A DNA stretch of 12,608 nt from Candidatus Scalinduaceae bacterium (GTDB lineage Bacteria > Planctomycetota > Brocadiia > Brocadiales > Scalinduaceae): contig JBHICG010000087.1 of the NCBI GenBank assembly GCA_046759445.1, positions 1-12,608 of the forward strand. The letters are read 5' to 3'. Shown piece by piece: positions 7,394-12,608 of this stretch. Position 1 is the stretch's first letter, and each line of letters starts with the position of its first letter. The position numbers were made by a program, and so were the translations under genes. A model generated the notes under the pieces. The model was not told the origin of the DNA. It searched no databases and worked only from the letters and a program-made list of their open reading frames with translations.

Positions 7394-9268
7394 ATGTGCA
7401 TAGCAAAACTAAGTTACTATATTTATATTATAGTAATATTTACCCATTTCTATTTTTTCGTCTCAGAAAAGTGTTTTGCAGATACCACGAACCTTCCGTG
7501 GCACATCCAGGATAAGGCTTTCGAGAAGGTGGGAGTTTCTTGGGTTAGCAAGATAGCTTTTTCACCTGATGATAAGTATATTGCAGTTGCTACTAAAGTA
7601 GGCACACACTTAATTGATGCAAAGACGCATGATGCTATATGCTTTCTTTTCGGTCACAAGGATGCAGTGCAATCAATAGCTTTTAGTCAGGACTCAAAAC
7701 TGCTTGCCTCAGGTTCATTAGATGGGACAGTCAGGATATGGGCAATACCATCAGGAGAAGAGTCGGAAACTTTGTTTACTGCCAGTCAGGCCGTTACGTC
7801 TGTAGCCTTTAGTCCTGATTCTAGTTTGCTCGCCTCTTCGGGAACATACGATAACAATATTACACTCTGGGACGTAAATACATGGAAAGAAGTAAAATCA
7901 TTAGTAGGACACAGTAAGAACGTTAACACAGTTGTCTTCAGCCCTGATGGTAAATTATTAGCGTCAGGTTCAACTGATAACAATATTAAACTCTGGAATA
8001 TTGACTCGGGAAAAGAAACAAAAACTTTGAAAGGGCATGATTATATAGTTTATGAAATAGCCTTCAGTCCTGATGGCAAATTCCTTGCATCAGGTTCTGG
8101 TGATAATACCATAAGGATATGGGATGTAGCTACTGGGAGGGAAAACAAAAGATTAATTGGGCATACGTGGAATGTTAATTCAATAGCCTTTAGCCAGGAT
8201 GGAAAACTTCTTGGTTCTGGTTCTGCAGACGGTGTTACTAAGCTCTGGGATGTAACCAAAGGTGAGATGGTATGGTCAATAAAGAGCCATAGTCGTGGTG
8301 TCAAGTCAGTGGCGTTTACACAGAATTCTACGATTCTTGCTTCTGCAAGTCCATTTGACCATAATATTAAGTTCCTGGATGCAGCTTCAGGAAATGAGTT
8401 GGAATTGATAGCAGGGCACGGAAGGGACGTTAACATAATAAAATTTAGTCCTGACGGTAAATATCTTGCGTCTGCAGCGTGGGATCGAACAGTAAAGGTC
8501 TGGGATGTCGCAAAGTTTAAGGAAAAATGGACTTTAAAAGGGCACAAAGAAGAAGTTAACTCAGTTGCGTTTAGCCACGACAATAAACTTCTCGCATCAG
8601 GTGCACATGAAGGTGATATTAAGATATGGGATGTTTCAACCGGCAAGGAAATAAGGACGCTATCCGGGCATACCGACAGTGTGTATTCAGTAGTCTTCAG
8701 TCATGATTCCAGGATGCTCGCATCAAGCTCCTGGGAGATAATCAAACTCTGGGATACTGATTCGTGGAAGGAAGTAAGGAGTTTATTAGGGCAAAAAGAG
8801 GAAATTAGTTCATTGGACTTCAATCATGACAGTACGCTTCTTGTATCCGGCGCATACGATAGAAGTGTAATGGTTTGGGAGGTTGCTACAGGACAAATGA
8901 TAAAAGAACTTATAGGACACGGTATGCGCGTCAACTCTATAGACGTAAGTCCGTATTCAAAATATCTTGTTTCCGGTGGACGTGATACTGTTTTGGTCTG
9001 GGATTTTGTAACTGGAAAGAAACTCTGGAATCTGAATGGACACAATTGGGGTGTTACTTCAGTAGTCTTCAATCCTGATAATAGACTGATAGCATCGTGT
9101 TCATGGGGGGATGAATTGATTATGCTATGGGACGTAAAAACAGGTAAACTGCTTAAATCATTGCCTGGTCATTGGGATGCGGTTAGATCGTTAGCCTTTA
9201 GTCCAGATGGTAAGTTTCTTGTATCCGGCGCAAATAATGGCATAATCTTGGTATGGAGAATAAATTAG
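7394..9268 (+). CDS. Exported WD40-repeat protein, 14 repeats (probable double 7-bladed beta-propeller)
   Basis: Repeats of GH...V..VAFSPDGK.LASGS.D..I.LWD, 14 counted including a divergent first one. The N-terminus is hydrophobic with a probable cleavage site at CFA|D. Confidence 0.92.
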   Translation: MCIAKLSYYIYIIVIFTHFYFFVSEKCFADTTNLPWHIQDKAFEKVGVSWVSKIAFSPDDKYIAVATKVGTHLIDAKTHDAICFLFGHKDAVQSIAFSQDSKLLASGSLDGTVRIWAIPSGEESETLFTASQAVTSVAFSPDSSLLASSGTYDNNITLWDVNTWKEVKSLVGHSKNVNTVVFSPDGKLLASGSTDNNIKLWNIDSGKETKTLKGHDYIVYEIAFSPDGKFLASGSGDNTIRIWDVATGRENKRLIGHTWNVNSIAFSQDGKLLGSGSADGVTKLWDVTKGEMVWSIKSHSRGVKSVAFTQNSTILASASPFDHNIKFLDAASGNELELIAGHGRDVNIIKFSPDGKYLASAAWDRTVKVWDVAKFKEKWTLKGHKEEVNSVAFSHDNKLLASGAHEGDIKIWDVSTGKEIRTLSGHTDSVYSVVFSHDSRMLASSSWEIIKLWDTDSWKEVRSLLGQKEEISSLDFNHDSTLLVSGAYDRSVMVWEVATGQMIKELIGHGMRVNSIDVSPYSKYLVSGGRDTVLVWDFVTGKKLWNLNGHNWGVTSVVFNPDNRLIASCSWGDELIMLWDVKTGKLLKSLPGHWDAVRSLAFSPDGKFLVSGANNGIILVWRIN

Positions 9269-9280
9269 CGACCAAAGGAA

Positions 9281-10624
9281 TTAGTTTACATCCTTTGCGC
9301 ATCTAAAACCAACGCTTTTATTTCTTTCTTCTGGTTTACCAAACATCCTTACAGCACAGCGCAACTTGTAAACATTAACTGCAAATAATGAGCCACCCTT
9401 GATAATTCGCTTACCTGTGTTTTTAGGTCCTTTTGGGTTTTTTTCAGGACTATTATAATAGTACTCAGGATGATACCAGTCATTACACCATTCAGATAGA
9501 CTCCCCGACATATCATAACAGCCATAAACGCTATTTCCAGGTTCATAACTTCCTACAGTTAAGATGCCTTTAGGACCTATATTGCAGTACTTAATTTCCC
9601 ACACATTGCCCCATGGAAATCTTCTGCCGTCGGTTCCCCTTGCCGCCTTTTCCCATTCTGCCTCGGTTGGCAGGCGTTTACCTGTCCACGACGCATAGGC
9701 ATATGCATCATACCAATCAATGCGATTAACAGGATAATCTGGGTAATTATAATACTTATATTCGTAACCTCTATAAGCGTTACCCGGAATATGGTCTTTA
9801 CCTATAGGTTCCCCAGGATGACATTTACTGTGGTCTCCTGTCCTCGTTATGTATTCTAGAAATTCCCAGTATTGAGCATTTGTTACCTCATATTTGTCAA
9901 TGTAATATGCATCAAGATATACTTTATGCTGAGGCATCTCTTCTTTAATAAAATCCTCTTCACTACTCCCCATTACAAATTTACCAGCAGGCACAAGTGC
10001 CATTTCCTCCCATTTATCTTTAAATTTTCTCAATGCTTCCTCCATTATGGGCTTTCTATCATTAATTCTTTTTTGTGCAATTCTCCTCTTAGTATCTATA
10101 TCCAAATATACCAAAACCTTACCAACAAAATCATCAACCTTGTTTATTTGATCTGAACCTGGTAATTGAAGGTTCCTACACTTTTCCAGATGTTCTAGTG
10201 CTTTCTGGTGATTGTTGAGCTTCCAGTAAGCGCCAGCCATGTACCAATGCAGGGAGGCTATCTTTGGATTAAGTTCTTCGGCCTTTTTATACAGCCGTAA
10301 CGCACCCTTATAATCATTGGAATTTTCACGTAATGAATTGCCACTTTCTATATATTTCCTTGCCTTTTCAAATGTGTCATCTTTTAATAATTCCTGAGAT
10401 TCCTGGACCGTCTCTGTCTTTGTTTTTTTGGTTTGCTCTTTAGTATCTGTCTCAGAATATAGTATCAGTCTTTTACCATCTTGAGGACAATAACTACCTT
10501 CAGTGTACATATTATTGCATTCAGAGCAAATTTTCTTGCCTGATATATCAGGTGTTTCTGCGCATAGTCTGGAACTATACGTAATTAGCACAATCAAAAA
10601 AACTGAAATTAAAATCCTTTTCAA
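9281..10624 (-). CDS. Exported protein: Zn-ribbon-like + TPR + FGE-sulfatase (SUMF1/EgtB/PvdO-family) domain
   Basis: TTG start with SD AGGAGG 6 nt upstream. Signal peptide (..LCA|E), CSEC..CPQDG motif and TPR-like helices. FGE-fold motifs: PAGKFVMGS, YEVTNAQY, RLPTEAEWEKAARG, FPWG, YDMSGSLSEW, GFRC. Confidence 0.88.
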   Translation of the reverse strand: MKRILISVFLIVLITYSSRLCAETPDISGKKICSECNNMYTEGSYCPQDGKRLILYSETDTKEQTKKTKTETVQESQELLKDDTFEKARKYIESGNSLRENSNDYKGALRLYKKAEELNPKIASLHWYMAGAYWKLNNHQKALEHLEKCRNLQLPGSDQINKVDDFVGKVLVYLDIDTKRRIAQKRINDRKPIMEEALRKFKDKWEEMALVPAGKFVMGSSEEDFIKEEMPQHKVYLDAYYIDKYEVTNAQYWEFLEYITRTGDHSKCHPGEPIGKDHIPGNAYRGYEYKYYNYPDYPVNRIDWYDAYAYASWTGKRLPTEAEWEKAARGTDGRRFPWGNVWEIKYCNIGPKGILTVGSYEPGNSVYGCYDMSGSLSEWCNDWYHPEYYYNSPEKNPKGPKNTGKRIIKGGSLFAVNVYKLRCAVRMFGKPEERNKSVGFRCAKDVN

Positions 10625-10770
10625 TTACATCCTCCTTCTAATTAGGTAAATTATGAATGTTTAAGTCATTAAGTTATTAAATAATAGATATCTAAAAAAA
10701 CAATTATACAATTGATCTTTGATTAAATCAACATCCAAAAAACTTGCATTTCTTGCTGATTAAAAAGGTC

Positions 10771-10799
10771 TTGATATTATGTTTTTTTTTTGGTACTAT
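10771..10799 (+). promoter_or_regulatory. Sigma70-type promoter of the 11-heme cytochrome gene, with a T10 tract in the spacer
   Basis: TTGATA (10771-10776), 17-nt spacer, TACTAT (10794-10799), with an extended -10 TG at 10791-10792. SD AAGGAG at 10863-10868. Confidence 0.6.
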
Positions 10800-10874
10800 T
10801 CTCACGTTTATTCTGTAACATTTCGAAAAAAAGCATCTAGGTTGTCATAGTGCAACGTAATTAAGGAGAAATAT

Positions 10875-12077
10875 ATGGAAGGTGAGACTTTATTGGGTAA
10901 AGTTACAAATATTATAAAACTGATATTCGAACAAGTGAAGAAACACAAGAGATTAGCGGGAGTTTTAATTATAGTCTTTGTGGCTGTTGCCTTAATTGGT
11001 GGGAGAAAATTTTGGCATTATGCTGAGTCAAGTGAATTCTGTGCCAGTTGCCATGAGATGGACGTCCATTACGAATCCTTTATGAGTTCAAAGCATCATA
11101 ATGAGCATGTGCATAGTTGTCACACCTGTCATGTCGGTCCTGGCCTGAAAGGATTTTTGCATGCAAAGTTAAGCGATGGCACCCACGATTCGCTGGAACA
11201 TATGAAAAAAACCTATCTTGTAAGCCCAAATTCAGGCTTATTTATAGATATCGCCGAGGATAGCATTCCTATAGTTAATAATAATTGCGTTAATTGTCAT
11301 ATTAATGAAGAGTACACAAAGGATAAAACTCACCTGGAAAAGGTTTCACAATCTAAGAGGAAAGGAGAAGGTGTTGAACTTAAAGATTTCTTTTGTACGG
11401 ATTGCCATGTAGGAGTAGTGCATCCACATTGGAATGCAGATATGTATAAGGCATATGCTGAAAAGAAGATTCCGCCTTATGGCACTTTTACCGAAGATGA
11501 TTGTTATGGCTGTCATAGACATGCTACACCTGAGGTTGTAAAAGAATGGACAAATAGTCCACATGCCAGACAGGGTGTGTCATGCTTAGAATGCCATGGA
11601 GATGACCATGGGCATATTGTTGAAAGCAAAGGTAGTGTTTTGCCCAGCAAATGCGGTGAATGTCACGTAACGATGTATAATGATTTTGCGCAGAGTAGAC
11701 ATTATAATGGACGTGTAGTAGCAGAATTTGATGGTCTTGTATCGAGCACAAAAAATGCAACGATGAGAGAGGATTGTGTAAAATGTCATATGCTCGGTTT
11801 AAATAAATCGTGGGATGTGGGGCAAGGAGGCAGTTGCGAAGGGTGTCATCCCAAACATTTATTCGAGCGAACAAAGGCTGCAGAAGCTAAGATATGTGAA
11901 AAATGCCACATTGGTGGGCCAGTTCATGCACAACTTGATATGGGTGTTAAATCCGTTCATGGTAAACTTTACGGCAGATGGGAAGAAGAGGGTAAGATTA
12001 AATTGAGATGTCAGTCTTGCCACAGTGATCCATATAGCCATCACAATTTTAACAGGAATGTTAGCTTAAGTGATTAA
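10875..12077 (+). CDS. Membrane-anchored 11-heme cytochrome c: NapC/NirT(NrfH)-type tetraheme domain fused to a HAO-like heptaheme domain
   Basis: TM helix LAGVLIIVFVAVALIGG and 11 CxxCH motifs. The first four follow the NapC/NrfH pattern (SEFCASCHEM, CHTCH, K98/D105, CTDCHVGVVH). The last seven are colinear with hemes 1-7 of the HZO in this window. Confidence 0.88.
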   Translation: MEGETLLGKVTNIIKLIFEQVKKHKRLAGVLIIVFVAVALIGGRKFWHYAESSEFCASCHEMDVHYESFMSSKHHNEHVHSCHTCHVGPGLKGFLHAKLSDGTHDSLEHMKKTYLVSPNSGLFIDIAEDSIPIVNNNCVNCHINEEYTKDKTHLEKVSQSKRKGEGVELKDFFCTDCHVGVVHPHWNADMYKAYAEKKIPPYGTFTEDDCYGCHRHATPEVVKEWTNSPHARQGVSCLECHGDDHGHIVESKGSVLPSKCGECHVTMYNDFAQSRHYNGRVVAEFDGLVSSTKNATMREDCVKCHMLGLNKSWDVGQGGSCEGCHPKHLFERTKAAEAKICEKCHIGGPVHAQLDMGVKSVHGKLYGRWEEEGKIKLRCQSCHSDPYSHHNFNRNVSLSD

Positions 12078-12153
12078 TGTTTTTATGTAATTATCTTTTT
12101 GTAGGATTTTTACATTCAGATGCAAAAAGTTTTTAAAGTATAGAAAATAATGA

Positions 12154-12608
<455 letters not shown>

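Noticed and set aside
7786..9072. Antisense ORFs 7786-7983, 8050-8646 and 8824-9072
   Set aside because: Shadow frames of the WD40 repeats that mirror their periodicity, with no independent signals.
9281..10060. FGE-fold gene as a diversity-generating retroelement target
   Set aside because: No template repeat or reverse transcriptase is visible in the window.
10625..10630. ATG-TAA start-stop element between the SD and the TTG start of the FGE-like gene (minus strand)
   Set aside because: The ATG abuts the SD with zero spacing, so initiation there is unlikely. TTG has normal 6-nt spacing.

Overview
AT-rich genomic window from an anammox bacterium (Planctomycetota, Ca. Brocadiales; the hzo allele looks Scalindua-like from recall, not verified). 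It centres on a monocistronic hydrazine dehydrogenase gene (hzo/hdh, 1627-3324) with a consensus sigma70 promoter and two downstream hairpins. Upstream lie the 3' part of a cytochrome b fused to a diheme cytochrome c (bc complex; its Qo motif reads SEWY rather than PEWY) and an unannotated remnant resembling a multiheme-cytochrome C-terminus. Downstream are two paralogous TPR lipoproteins, a GTAG-type REP doublet, a cupredoxin/MauL-like protein, an exported 14-repeat WD40 protein, an exported Zn-ribbon/TPR/FGE-like protein, an 11-heme membrane cytochrome, and the 5' part of mdh. The strongest candidate for something undescribed is the 11-heme protein. It fuses a NapC/NrfH-type quinol-interacting tetraheme domain to a truncated, apparently non-canonical HAO-fold heptaheme domain and could connect the quinone pool to HAO/HDH-type chemistry.
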